This document shows positions 23,966-36,770 of a DNA stretch of 64,000 nucleotides, piece after piece. The stretch is taken from contig CATNEN010000038.1 of NCBI GenBank assembly GCA_950097015.1, positions 24,242,001 through 24,306,000 of the forward strand, in the 5' to 3' direction. How positions within the stretch are numbered: the first letter of the stretch is position 1; each line of letters begins with the position of its first letter. The notes under the pieces are model-generated. The model made no database searches and was not told where the DNA came from. It saw only the letters and a program-made list of their open reading frames with translations. Source of the stretch: Macrostomum hystrix (Eukaryota; Animalia; Platyhelminthes). The translations under genes were made by a program, and so were the position numbers.

Positions 23966-24819
23966 CTGAAACAAAATAAAAATTGGGATAATTAGGGAAC
24001 GAGATTGGAATCTTTTTTAAGAGTTTTTCTCAAAGATATTTTCAGATTTATCTACTATGGCGCCCCCCCCCCCCCGATGAGGCGACACCTGTTGACTGCT
24101 CGAGTTATTGTCTATTTTCTTTTTTCTTTCATTGCGGCAAACTAAAATCAGATGGCAGTCCTAGCTATATTGTAGAATAATTTTCAACGATGAGGAACAC
24201 GAAATTGATTGCGGAGGTCGGCCCTCCCACCACAAGAAATTGGGAGAAGTGAGAAAGGAGATTATCCAAGATTTCCCTCCCCCCAAAGAAATGCTCTCGA
24301 GTAAATTTAATAGCTCGACGAGGACCTAGGGGTAGATTTTTCGAGAATGCCCACCCAGTCTAAAGACGGTTTGGGATCAAAGAGGTCAGCGACCGATTGT
24401 AGATCTCAAAATTTGCCTGATAATTAATCAAATGGAAACTCTGCGACCGTTGCGACAGACAGGACGGTCAGCGAGTGAGGCTGGCGATGATTAAAATTGC
24501 TCTGGGGTGGAACTGTTAAACTGAAATTGATAATGCCGCAACAGAGGGGGTCACACACCGCTGAGCAGAGTGGGCTGAACAGTTTTGTGCTCAAGATTTG
24601 CGACTACTCGAATCAATCAAATTAATTGTTGTCCCGCCTTTTCGAGCAGTTTTTATTGACAAGTGATGCTTATATAGGGATTAGAATGTCACACGTTTGT
24701 ATCAGCAGCTTCATTAATTAATTCATGGATTCTGTGAGACTGCGCTCAATAGCTTATATCCAGAAATAAATCCTACATTTAGTTTCTTCTAAAATCTGAA
24801 GTTTTTGTCGTGTTTCAGA

Positions 24820-25392
24820 TTTGGGAAGATTCTGGTTTGGGAATATTCTAGTTTGGGATGATTCTGGTTTGGGATGATTCTGGTTTGGGAAGATTCTAGT
24901 TTGGTAAGATTCTAGTTTGGAAAGATTCTAGTTTGGGATAATTCTAGTTTTGGAAGATTATAGTTTGGCAAGATTCTGGTTTGGGAAGATTCTGGCTTTG
25001 GAAGACTCTGGTTTGGGACGATTCTAGTTTGGGAAGATTCTAGTTTGGGATAATTCTGGTTTGGGAAGATTCTAGTTTTGGAAGATTATAGTTTGGCAAG
25101 ATTCTGGTTTTGGAAGATTCTGGTTTTGGAAGATTATGGTTTGGGACGATTCTAGTTTGGGAAGATACTAGTTTGGGATGATTCTGGTTTGGGACGATTC
25201 TAGTTTGGGAAGATTCTGGTTTGGGAAGATTCTAGTTTGGGAAGATACTAGTTTGGGATGATTCTGGTTTGGGACGATTCTAGTTTGGGAAGATTCTGGT
25301 TTGGGAAGATTCTAGTTTGGGAAGATACTAGTTTGGGATGATTCTGGTTTGGGACGATTCTAGTTTGGGAAGATTCTGGTTTGGGAAGATTC
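24820..25392 (-). repeat. 16-bp minisatellite GGGAAGATTCTAGTTT (inverse of the 22560-22980 unit)
   Basis: Direct reading. Confidence 0.95.
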
Positions 25393-26356
25393 CTTTTTTA
25401 GAAGTGTCTCGAATGCTTAACTAAATATATTTATCGAAAGCTAATTCGCTTCAATCACAGCTAATATCTATCTGCAGCTGTCTTTCAGACTATTGTGCAG
25501 GACATAGTATCCTATATTTATCATCCCATCCGCATTGCCCTCAAGGCATCGAGTGGGTGCGAAAGCGTGATTTACTCAATTCTTCTCAAACTAGTGCCTC
25601 CGGCCATTTGCCTAGCAACTGGCCGGAAACCTCCCACCACGGTATCGCCAGCCCACCGCTATCATAAAGGCCGATCACGACTCGACTGTAGTAAACTTGG
25701 CCCGTCAAACAGACAGTTTGCATATGCAATTAATGGCAAAAGAAGAAGATTATAATTAACAAATATGACTGACCAAAGCAGAGTTTGCCATTCGTGCCTA
25801 AACTGTTTCACCTGTCTCTGAGCGGCACAAACCTTCGGACCTCGAGAAATTAACAACTAGAGCATCTTTGCCGCATTCTGCCGACCCATTTCTCATTGTT
25901 GAAGATAGGAAGTAGTGCGTCCGACATCCCACCCCCTGCCAGGGTTGGCAACAAAGGAGCCCTTGAGCTGTGCTCAGAGACAAAAGGTGTTTGGCTAAGA
26001 AGAAGAATAAGAATATTGAAATCACTTTGATCGTTTGAGCCGAATGAATACACACGATGGCCGTGTGCGCAACAAACTGACGAATAAGACGTGACCTCGA
26101 CGGGATTTTTATCCCAACAGGGGCTCAGCAAGCCGGCAGCTCCCATCCCCGGTCTGAGGGAATATTCGACTGCTGTCAAAGAAAGTGACAAAATAGACAA
26201 AAGAAGGCCACGGGGGTGAATCTGTGAGTCAGGGACTTAGATACCCAGCTAGCGATGACCGATATTGAGTATTGCCTGGTTAAATACCGACTCACAGTTT
26301 CGAAGGAATCGGTTTTTTCTGTTTTAGCACAGAGTATTAGAATTACATATTAACAT

Positions 26357-26960
26357 TGGAGAGATGAGACAGGGGAGAGATGAGACAGGGGAGAGACGAG
26401 ACTGGGGAGAGATGAGACAGGGGAGAGATTAGACAGAGGAGAGATGAGACACGGGAGAGATGAGACAGGGGAGAGATGAGACAGAGGAGAGATGAGACAC
26501 GGGAGAGATGAGACAGGGGAGAGATGAGACAGGGCAGAGATGAGACAGGGGAGAGATGAGACAGGGGAGAGATGAGACAGAGGAGAGATGAGACACGGGA
26601 GAGATGAGACTGGGAGGGATGAGACAGGGCAGAGATGAGACAGGGCAGAGATGAGACAGGGGAGAGATGAGACAGGGGAGGGATGAGACAGGGGAGAGAT
26701 GAGACTGGGAGGGATGAGACAGGGCAGAGATGAGACAGGGGAGAGATGAGACAGGGCAGAGATGAGACAGGGGAGAGATGAGACACGGGAGAGATGAGAC
26801 TGGGAGGGATGAGACAGGGCAGAGATGAGACAGGGGAGAGATGAGACAGGGGAGAGATGAGACAGGGGAGGGATGAGACTGGGAGGGATGAGACAGGGGA
26901 GAGATGAGACACGGGAGAGATGAGACTGTGAGGGATGAGAAGAGAGAAGAGATGAGACTG
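26357..26960. repeat. 16-bp minisatellite GGAGAGATGAGACAGG
   Basis: Direct reading. Confidence 0.95.
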
Positions 26961-27797
26961 GAGCGATGACTTCTTCGCAGATCTGTTCGCCCGTCTCTCC
27001 CATTAATCCGAGTGAAAATTGTCGTCAAATTTTGTTCGTGAACTCAGAATTAGTTTCGCAATGAAATCACACGCCTTCAGCGCGGGTTCACTTCTCGGTG
27101 AGTTTTTTGGTCTTAGCTAGCGCGCAGTCGGATGTAATCGAAATCCTCTGCGTAGGAAAAAATCCCTAGAGACGGCTAAATCTATTTGGCCATAAAAGGC
27201 CGAAATTCGTGAATTCGCAGGTGTTCTCAGGCTCAAAACATCCGTTTTTCTGTTACTCCATGCGCCGTGGCAAATCACGAAGTAATTCTGTAAGCCCATT
27301 AGGCGATTAGCGTGTTCTTGGAAATTCCGCTGGGATTCTGATGGGATCTCCGGGCGCCGTAGGAGCAGTTGTGGCAAAGATTTCCGCGCCGCGTTTAATC
27401 ACTGCAGGAAACTCATTTTCTGGGCGCACAGCCAGCCACCCCAGCTGCTAATCCGCTGTCAGGCGCAAAACTATGTTAGGGACGCTCTGGCTGTGATGAA
27501 ATCCGATTTGCGAGAGGCCGCGGCGGGGAGTTGGGGGGGGGGAAGTTAAAGAGGCGAGAGGGAGAAATACTTGGGTCTGTTTCAAACCCCCTTTGCGTGT
27601 CTGATGAGGCTCAGACTTCTCAGACTCAGCGGCAGCATTTGATCATTTGAGCGAGTAAAACTAGCTGTTGAAGACTGCCTGCTTCACTTGGAGTGGTTTT
27701 TCAAATATTCCGACAAATTCCTCTGATCTCTATCTATCATGTCTGTCATTAAATCTATCTTATCTAATCCCTTCTACTTATTGTGTTTAGCTTTTCG

Positions 27798-28452
27798 TCT
27801 ATTCTATTCTATTCTGTTCTAAACTGTTCTATTCTATTCTTTTCTATTCTATTCTATTCTATTCTATTCTATTCTATTCTACTATATTCAATCCTATTTT
27901 ATTATATTCTATTCTATTCTACTATATTCAATCCTATTTTATTATATTCTATTCTATTCTATTCTATTCTATTCTACTATATTCAATCCTATTTTATTAT
28001 ATTCTACACTATTCTATTCTATTCTATTCTATTCTACTATATTCAATCCTATTTTATTATATTCTATTCTATTCTACTATATTCAATCCTATTTTATTAT
28101 ATTCTATTCTATTCTATTCTATTCTATTCTACTATATTCAATCCTATTTTATTATATTCTACACTATTCTATTCTATTCTATTCTATTCCATTCGATTCT
28201 ATTCTATTCTATTCTATTCTATTCTATTTTATTCTATTCTATTCTATTCTATTCTATTTTACTATATTCAATCCTATTTTTTTATTCTATTCTATTCTAT
28301 TCTATTCTATTCTATTCTATTCTATTCCATTCTATTCTATTCCATTCTATTCTATTCTATTCTATTCTATTCTATTCCATTCTATTCCATTATATTCTAT
28401 TCTATTCCATTCTATTCTATTCTATTCTATTCTCTCCTATTCTATTCCATTC
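27798..28452. repeat. (TATTC)n microsatellite
   Basis: Direct reading. Confidence 0.95.
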
Positions 28453-29844
28453 CTTACAATTATAAATCGCCGAGGCATGGCACTATTTACCATCCTAAAT
28501 CCTAGATTTTCCCATTCAAAGTCCACTTCGGTTGTCAGTCGATTTGTTTTCTCATAATCCCTTAGACAGCTTGACCAAATAGAAATCAGTGCCTCCTGGT
28601 TTTGCGCGAGATTTTCGCACCTCCTTCCGTTTCATTTGCTTCGCAGTAGAAAAAAAAGGAAACAAACAATTTGACAGCTCAGGTCAAAACTGAATTTGAG
28701 CAGTTTTTGATTGTCGAGGAGTTTGCTTCTTTCGAAGAAGTAGGTAAGCATAGGCAAGAACTGGCAGAAATTATTGAGCAGTTCTCAACACTTACAATGC
28801 CGGAACCAACTGAGTCAATAAGCAAGCGTCGGCCCCCCCCGCAGTTCAGCATGACTCGATTGAAACAAACTGGCATAAAATAAAAGATTTTTAAGCGACA
28901 TCTGCTATACTGAAAATTTGAATCAAATTTTTTAGCACGAGAGGATCGGAAGCCCATATAGCTAAGACAAACAAACCGGGTGTTTTTCTTACGCGACCAA
29001 AGTGAAAGGATGAGGAATTAAAATCCCAGTTTTAGATTGGCTGGATGTTTTCTTATTGGCTAGTTGAGGGCAGCGAGGTGTTTGACACTTTTGGCAGATG
29101 AAATTAGGTCGCTTATTAGGCACCTGCCCCTGTCTCTATGCGATTTTTTAGGGCCGCTATATGAGCTCGGGACCCTTTGAGTACCCTAACATTTGTAACT
29201 CTGTTTGATTTCCCTATATTTTGTGTGTATATATATAATGCTTAACGAGATTTTTTAATTGAATTTTCTGTACGAAACGCTGGCCTAAGCCGAAAGTCTG
29301 CTAGAAGAAAGAAGGAAGTGGTTGGGAGATATTTGCTCTCTCTTCTCTCTCTCTCTCTTGCTTGGCACTTTCGCTTCGATAAATAAGGCAGGGTTGGAAG
29401 GTGAAAATGGGACTTCAAACAGGAATCTCTGGCGATTTAGTAAATATTAATATGGGTGGCAAAGGAGCAGAAAAAAAGTTGTTTCGCGCGGGCAAAAACA
29501 CTGAATCGTGCACCGAGATCTGGTTTTCAGATTTCTAGATAGAGGGGGAAAAAGAAGATTTATTTACAAACTTACGGCTTCTCACGAGATTATTGTCTAG
29601 CATTTAGAGCAACTGCTTAAAGATCTTGACATGATGAATAACTTCTTCTTTAAAGATTTACTTTATTAGCTTTTAATTAATGCCGCGCTGGTTGTAAGGT
29701 GCGATTCTGTTGCATAGCCAAGTCTTACTTGTTATTTTATTTCAACTTATCTTGTGTTATAATATGGGATTTGTGTCCTAACTGTTGGATAAGCGGTTGC
29801 TGCTGCTGCTGCTGCTTCTTTTACTACACTTCCTATTCAACACA

Positions 29845-30012
29845 ACCTGAAGTCATTGAAGACACTTCCTGAGGCTACTGAAGACACTTCCTGAGGCTAC
29901 TGAAGACACTTCCTGAGGCTACTGAAGACACTTCCTGAGGCTACTGAAGACACTTCCTGAGGCTACTGAAGACACTTCCTGAGGCTACTGAAGACACAAC
30001 CTGAAGGTACTG
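29845..30012. repeat. 22-bp minisatellite GAAGACACTTCCTGAGGCTACT
   Basis: About 6 near-perfect units. Confidence 0.93.
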
Positions 30013-30037
30013 AAAAGGGGAAATTTCTAGCGCTCAC

Positions 30038-30141
30038 CGTCTTTGTTCATTCCCATCTGCAGGCATTTCTTCAGTCGGCAGGCTTGGCACTGATTCCTGT
30101 GAGCCTTGTCAATCACGCACATTCCTGTGCCGGCCTGACAA
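30038..30141 (-). CDS. NR2E3: NR2E3 exon 3 (second zinc finger)
   Basis: [35 protein letters not shown]; phases 2/1 fit the neighbours. Confidence 0.95.
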
Positions 30142-30219
30142 CTGAAAGTGTTTTTGACAAGTTTGAAGTAAATTCTGTCAGTAATTCACTAAAAGTTTCA
30201 GTTTTTTGTGTTTTTTTTA

Positions 30220-30485
30220 GTTTTACGCGTCCAAGGTCCCTGAGCTCGATTCCGCGGCGAGGCCACATTCATTTGGGGCGCAGCCGCGGAGAGAAGGCTT
30301 GGGGGCTTGTCGTGCAATTTACGCCTTCTAAGGCACAGTGAGAGTGTACACTGCCTGACGATGAGAAAGTCAGGGCAGATGTACACACCTGTGTGCGCGT
30401 GTGCTCAGGAGTCAGCGGAATGGGGCAGAATTGCATCCTCGCTGGCTGCTGGTCTAGTGTCACTAAATGATGTGCCATTGCCCGC
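30220..30485 (+). mobile_element. tRNA-derived SINE family A, copy 2
   Basis: AAGGTCCCTGAGCTCGATTCC (T-arm/B-box-like), then a body similar to 530-780; occupies most of NR2E3 intron 2. Confidence 0.75.
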
Positions 30486-30520
30486 AGTAAAAATAGTAAT
30501 AATATTATTATTACACTTAC

Positions 30521-30980
30521 CGATAAATTAGTTTTCTACGGACCGACCGCTTAAAAAATCCGGAGCAGCCGTTGCAGGCCAGGATGCCGTAGTGCTTGCC
30601 GGAGCTGACATCACCGCACACCACACAGTAGAGACCAGTGGCGCCTCCGCCTTTGTTGGCCGCGTTGACGGCGGCTGCTGCGGCTGCTGCGGCGGCTGCT
30701 GCGGCGGCGCCCTCGGCTGTCATCGGCGAATCTTCCGGCACGGAGACAGTGATGGCATCGGGACTAATTAGATAGCTCGAAGTCAGCAGGTGCTGATGCT
30801 GGAGAAGCTGCTGCTGCTGCTGATGATGATGGCGATGGTGGTGTTGATGATGAATCTTGCCGCGTTGCTGAAAAGTCGTCGAAATCATCCTGTCGTCGGA
30901 TGACGACGGTGGCGGACTGTCGATGGGTGCTTCGGCCACTCTATGGGCTGAACTGGCTCGCGAGCTTCTCGAGTCCGACT
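30521..30980 (-). CDS. NR2E3: NR2E3 exon 2 (A/B region, first zinc finger)
   Basis: [36 protein letters not shown]; P-box NGCSG is diagnostic of NR2E3/PNR; acceptor ccgcag| at 30981/30980 (phase 1); donor CG|gtaagt. Confidence 0.92.
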
Positions 30981-31026
30981 CTGCGGATGATGAGGAGCGG
31001 GGGGGTGATTTCAGTGTGCCAGTCGA

Positions 31027-31490
31027 TTCTACCAGACAGCTATCTACCAGACAATTATCTACCAGACAACTTATCTACCAGACTACTATCTACCAGACTA
31101 CTTATCTACCAGACTACTTATCTACCAGACAACTTATCTACCAGACAACTTATCTACCAGACTAGTATCTACCAAACTACTTATCTACCAGACTACTATC
31201 TACCAGACTACTTATCTACCAGACTACTTATCTACCAGACAACTTATCTACCAGACAACTTATCTACCAGACAATTATCTACCAGACTACTTATCTACCA
31301 GACTACCTATCTACCAGACTACTTATCTACCAGACTACTTATCTACCAGACAACTTATCTACCAGACAACTTATCTACCAGACAACTTATCTACCAGACT
31401 ACTTATCTACCAGACTACCTATCTACCAGACTACTTATCTACCAGACAACTATCTACCAGATTACTACTTCCTATCTACCGGACAACTGT
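31027..31490. repeat. 15/16-bp minisatellite CTACCAGACTACTTAT
   Basis: Direct reading. Confidence 0.94.
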
Positions 31491-33554
31491 CTTTTCATCA
31501 AGTTAAGTCGTCTAAATCTGTTATATCATCATAGAGGCAGTTACAGTAGTTTTATTAAAAGACTGTACGTGTCACGCAGTGTTAACTTCCACTGCTTCTT
31601 GAAAAAATTAGGCAAACAATAAGCCGAAGAAGAGAGAAGGCGGAAGGTTAACAAATGGTGGCCACCCACATTGAAGGCATTTTGGTGGTCAAACAGCCTG
31701 CTTGGCTAAGCAATGCTATTATTATTGTTAATTATTTTAATATTACTATTACCACACTCTTGTTGTGAATGAGTTTGACTCATTTTTGTCACCTTTTTTT
31801 CGACAGCGCGTGTGTTTCTCTCATGGCAAGACTTTAACACATAGGTCACGTAAAGCACACATTAAAAAATGACCAATCTAATGACGGTCATATCAAATGC
31901 GTGCGACACAGGGCTGGGCCACAGGTAACTATAGGGTGAAATCATTATAAAACTGCTGTTTGATTTGCAGCACTTCAACACCAGTAGACAGAAGACAGAG
32001 AAATATTGGAGGAAGCGAAATTGAAAAAAAAGACTGCACAAAAACTGCACTTTACAAAATGGTGGATTTCAGCACGCGTGTGTCTTGCGTGCCTGCATTT
32101 GGCACTTAGTATTTACTGAGCACATATTAAAATATGTGTGACGTTTGACTTCCGAATTCTTCGCGATGGTAGACACACCTATCTATCTTATAGATGGAAT
32201 GGACAAAAGGAAAAAATGTCTAGTGCCTATGAAGACCCCTCGGAGACTGACTGAAAGAAAACATTAAAATTATTCTTGTGTTAGTTTAGCAGTGCAAGAA
32301 GAATAGAAAGCTGGAGAAACTTCTGAGCCAGAGTGACGCCTCAAGCAGCTGTCCCATCGTTTGTTTGCTATTCGGTTTTCTAAAAAAAGAAGACCTACTC
32401 AATTTATAAAAAAGCATGAAAGTATTATTTAGATGCCGCAACAAAGACAAGACGAACTTTTAAATCCTCAATCGAAATAAATCTTCCCAAAAGAGGAAAA
32501 ATTTCCCCAGAAAAAGAGAAATTTTTCTTTAAAATGAAGAAATTTCCACAAAAGGAGAAAAACTTCCCCAGAAACGAGAGATTTCCTCAAATTAGAGAAA
32601 TTTCCCCAAAAGTCATATTTTCAAAGAGGATTCCGTTTTAATCCGAAATCATCTGCAATTTAGCGATGTGCCGAGATTTCATTCACGCCTTTGTTGCCGC
32701 AACTCAATTGAAAAGAGATCTACCAATCAGTCAGCAATCATTATTTTCGTCTTCATTTCCATGCCAATGACCGCCTCCCAATTTGATCCGATTCCATGCG
32801 TGAGCTGTCTTTTGAGTTTTCCACAAAATTATAGGCCCGAAGTCTAAATAGAAAATCCTTAATCCTATCATAGCAATGCGGGGAAGTGAGAAGAGAGATT
32901 GAAGGGTCCTGTTCTCTTGGACTCAAAGTTCCCACCGCCAGCGATTGAGCAGAAATGAATCGAGATGAACAGCGAGATGTCTGGCAATTCTCGGCCGCAG
33001 GAGCAAAATAAATATGAAAGAATTCGCTGATATTCAAATTTTCTATCCTTATAGAGTTATTTGTCAATCGTGTCCGAGCAGTAGCTAGGTTTAATTTTCG
33101 GCTGAGGAGAGATGAAATGACAGACAGACAGAGCCGGGTCGAGTGGGAAGATTTGGGAGATTGAAATTGCAGCATGGTCGCGACAGAGAAGAGTTAATGT
33201 GATTTTTCTACGACGCTTCAATTCTTTGCTTTGCCGTCTCAAAAATTGGAAAAGTAAGAAGCGAACATAGCCTACACACATATATATATAAGTGTCTAGT
33301 TAATCAGATTTGAGCCTTGTAGAAAACAGTGTTCGCTGTATCAATCTAGATGAGGACACCCCTTACTATAATTCGCTGAGAAGTGTGTGAGCAACCCGAC
33401 AGTTCGACGGGTCAGGAACGACGTCGGCCTTCAAGCGGCGTAAAGAAAATTTTGATTCTCAAAGTAACAAGCCGCTTGTTAGATTTTAAAATTGGTCAAC
33501 TGATAGAGTGTTGTATGGGTTAAGAATTGGATCATTCGGGTTTTAACGCAACGA

Positions 33555-33873
33555 CCACTAGAAGAAGAAGATAAGAGATCTTCGTTTCTAAGAAAATAAA
33601 GGTTTGGAAATTTTCACGTTGATCACTTTTTATTGGAAGCAGATACAATGCTGTTCTTTTAATATTTGTTTGCAAAACTTATTGCTTCAACTATTCATTA
33701 ATCACAATAGCAACCAATTATAAATAAATGTAGCCTATCCTGATTTGTAAAATTGAGTTAGTCACGAGATAGCAAAAAAACGAGAGAAGTTCCTATCTCG
33801 ATAGTGCATTTTTCCGGGAAATCTGTCTTTAATAAATTTTCTTAGAAACAAAGTGTACTTCTTCTTCTAGTGG
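33555..33873. mobile_element. MITE-like element with terminal inverted repeats
   Basis: CCACTAGAAGAAGAAG...GTTTCTAAGAAAA at left; TTTTCTTAGAAAC...CTTCTTCTTCTAGTGG at right; AT-rich non-coding interior. Confidence 0.65.
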
Positions 33874-33904
33874 ACCTTGGTTTAATATAGGAAGAAGTTT
33901 TAGT

Positions 33905-35427
33905 AGATAGAAAAGTAGATTGATTAGTAGGTGGAAAAGTAGATTGATTAGTAGGTAGAAAAGTAGATTGATTAGTAGGTGGAAAAGTAGATTGAATTAG
34001 TAGGTGGAAAAGTAGATTGAATTAGTAGGTGGAAAAGTAGATTGATTAGTAGGTGGAAAAGTAGATTGAATTAGTAGGTGGAAAAGTAGATTGATTAGTA
34101 GGTGGAAAAGTAGATTGAATTAGTAGGTGGAAAAGTAGATTGAATTAGTAGGTGGAAAAGTAGATTGATTAGTAGGTGGAAAAGTAGATTGAATTAGTAG
34201 GTGGAAAAGTAGATTGATTAGTAGGTGGAAAAGTAGATTGATTAGTAGGTGGAAAAGTAGATTGATTAGTAGGTGGAAAAGTAGATTGAATTAGTAGGTG
34301 GAAAAGTAGATTGATTAGTAGGTGGAAAAGTAGATTGATTAGTAGGTGGAAAAGTAGATTGATTAGTAGGTGGAAAAGTAGATTGAATTAGTAGGTGGAA
34401 AAGTAGATTGATTAGTAGGTGGAAAAGTAGATTGATTAGTAGGTGGAAAAGTAGATTGAATTAGTAGGTGGAAAAGTAGATTGAATTAGTAGGTGGAAAA
34501 GTAGATTGATTAGTAGGTGGAAAAGTAGATTGATTAGTAGGTGGAAAAGTAGATTGATTAGTAGGTGGAAAAGTAGATTGAATTAGTAGGTGGAAAAGTA
34601 GATTGATTAGTAGGTGGAAAAGTAGATTGATTAGTAGGTGGAAAAGTAGATTGAATTAGTAGGTGGAAAAGTAGATTGAATTAGTAGGTGGAAAAGTAGA
34701 TTGATTAGTAGGTGGAAAAGTAGATTGATTAGTAGGTGGAAAAGTAGATTGAATTAGTAGGTGGAAAAGTAGATTGAATTAGTAGGTGGAAAAGTAGATT
34801 GATTAGTAGGTGGAAAAGTAGATTGATTAGTAGGTGGAAAAGTAGATTGATTAGTAGGTGGAAAAGTAGATTGATTAGTAGGTGGAAAAGTAGATTGAAT
34901 TAGTAGGTGGAAAAGTAGATTGATTAGTAGGTGGAAAAGTAGATTGATTAGTAGGTGGAAAAGTAGATTGATTAGTAGGTGGAAAAGTAGATTGATTAGT
35001 AGGTGGAAAAGTAGATTGATTAGTAGGTGGAAAAGTAGATTGAATTAGTAGGTGGAAAAGTAGATTGAATTAGTAGGTGGAAAAGTAGATTGATTAGTAG
35101 GTGGAAAAGTAGATTGATTAGTAGGTGGAAAAGTAGATTGATTAGTAGGTGGAAAAGTAGATTGATTAGTAGGTGGAAAAGTAGATTGAATTAGTAGGTG
35201 GAAAAGTAGATTGAATTAGTAGGTGGAAAAGTAGATTGAATTAGTAGGTGGAAAAGTAGATTGATTAGTAGGTGGAAAAGTAGATTGATTAGTAGGTGGA
35301 AAAGTAGATTGATTAGTAGGTGGAAAAGTAGATTGATTAGTAGGTGGAAAAGTAGATTGAATTAGTAGGTGGAAAAGTAGATTGATTAGTAGGTGGAAAA
35401 GTAGATTGATTAGTAGGTGGAAAAGTA
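33905..35427. repeat. 24/25-bp minisatellite TTAGTAGGTGGAAAAGTAGATTGA(A)
   Basis: Direct reading, ~62 units. Confidence 0.97.
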
Positions 35428-35999
35428 ACTTTCGAAACAAATAGAAAGTAGGCAGACAGTTAAACAAAGGAGATGGACAGTAATACGTTAATGAAACGTA
35501 TGAAATGAAATTAAATTCTCTAGTTTAGGTATTCCATAACAGACATATGTTTGAGTGGTACTCATATAGAAATATCGAATCATATTTTTTTCTTTTTAGT
35601 TTAACTTTATCGCGGTTGACTTCAGCATTGAGACATTTGAGCATGCATAGATTTAGTATTGGAGAGACAATATAATAAGTGAAATGTTGCAGAAAAGAAA
35701 TTAGAATTCAACATAAAAGAATGGATGAGAAGCCTGCAGAAAGGAATCTTTGTGTGGCAAATTTCACGGTTGAAATCGCATCGTAACAGAATGCGAATGA
35801 TTATTGATTGAGACGAGCCAGATGAGCAACTTGCGAGTTGAAGGGGTCAAGTGCTACTTTCCAGAGTGAAGTCGGTGCGTTGGAATTTATGGAGAAAACA
35901 AAGACTCAACTGATAATAACGAGCTGTCTGATGTTCGGTAGGTAGACAGAAGGTAAAGGGGGCAGCGTAAGCAACTTCAGAATATATACACGTGACGAC

Positions 36000-36770
36000 A
36001 GAGAGAGGTAGAGTGAGATAATGAGAGGTAGAGTGAGATGATGAGACGTAGGGTGAGATGATGAGAGATAGGGTGAGATGATGAGATAGGGTAAGATGAG
36101 AGATAGGGTGAGATGATGAGATAGGGTGAGATGATGAGAGATAGGGTGAGATGATGAGATAGGGTAAGATGAGAGATAGGGTGAGATGATGAGAGGTAAG
36201 GTGAGATGATGAGAGGTAGAGTGAGATAATGAGAGGTAGGGTGAGATGATGAGAGATAGGGTGAGATGAGAGATAAGGTGAGATGAGAGATAGGAGGAGA
36301 TGATGAGATAGGGTAAGATGAGAGATAGGGTGAGATGATGAGAGGTAAGGTGAGATGATGAGAGGTAGAGTGAGATAATGAGAGGTAGGGTGAGATGATG
36401 AGAGATAGGGTGAGATGAGAGATAAGGTGAGATGAGAGATAGGGGGAGATGAGAGATAGGGCGAGATGATGAGATAGGGTGAGATGATGAGAGAGGTAAG
36501 GTGAGATGATGAGAGTTAGGGTGAGATGATGAGGGGTAGGGTGAGATGATGAGAGAGGTAAGGTGAGATGATGAGAGTTAGGGTGAGATGATGAGAGGTA
36601 GAGTGAGATGATGAGAGGTAAGGTGAGATGATGAGAGGTAAGGTGAGATGAGAGATAGGGTGAGATGATGAGAGGTAGGGTGAGATGATGAGAGGTAGGG
36701 TGAGATGATGAGAGGTAAGGTGAGATGATGAGAGGTAAGGTGAGATGATGAGAGGTAGGGTGAGATTCTA
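36000..36770. repeat. Minisatellite GGGTGAGATGATGAGAGGTA (variable length)
   Basis: Direct reading. Confidence 0.93.

Noticed and set aside
28671-28957. Short ORFs in NR2E3 intron 3
   Set aside because: No recognisable domain or splice-compatible boundaries
30900-30939. GTG start for NR2E3 given by the ORF track
   Set aside because: The frame stays open to an acceptor at 30980 that is phase-compatible with an upstream ATG exon
29850-32620. NR2E autoregulatory AAGTCA sites
   Set aside because: Only isolated half-sites seen, no AAGTCAnAAGTCA repeat; expected by chance
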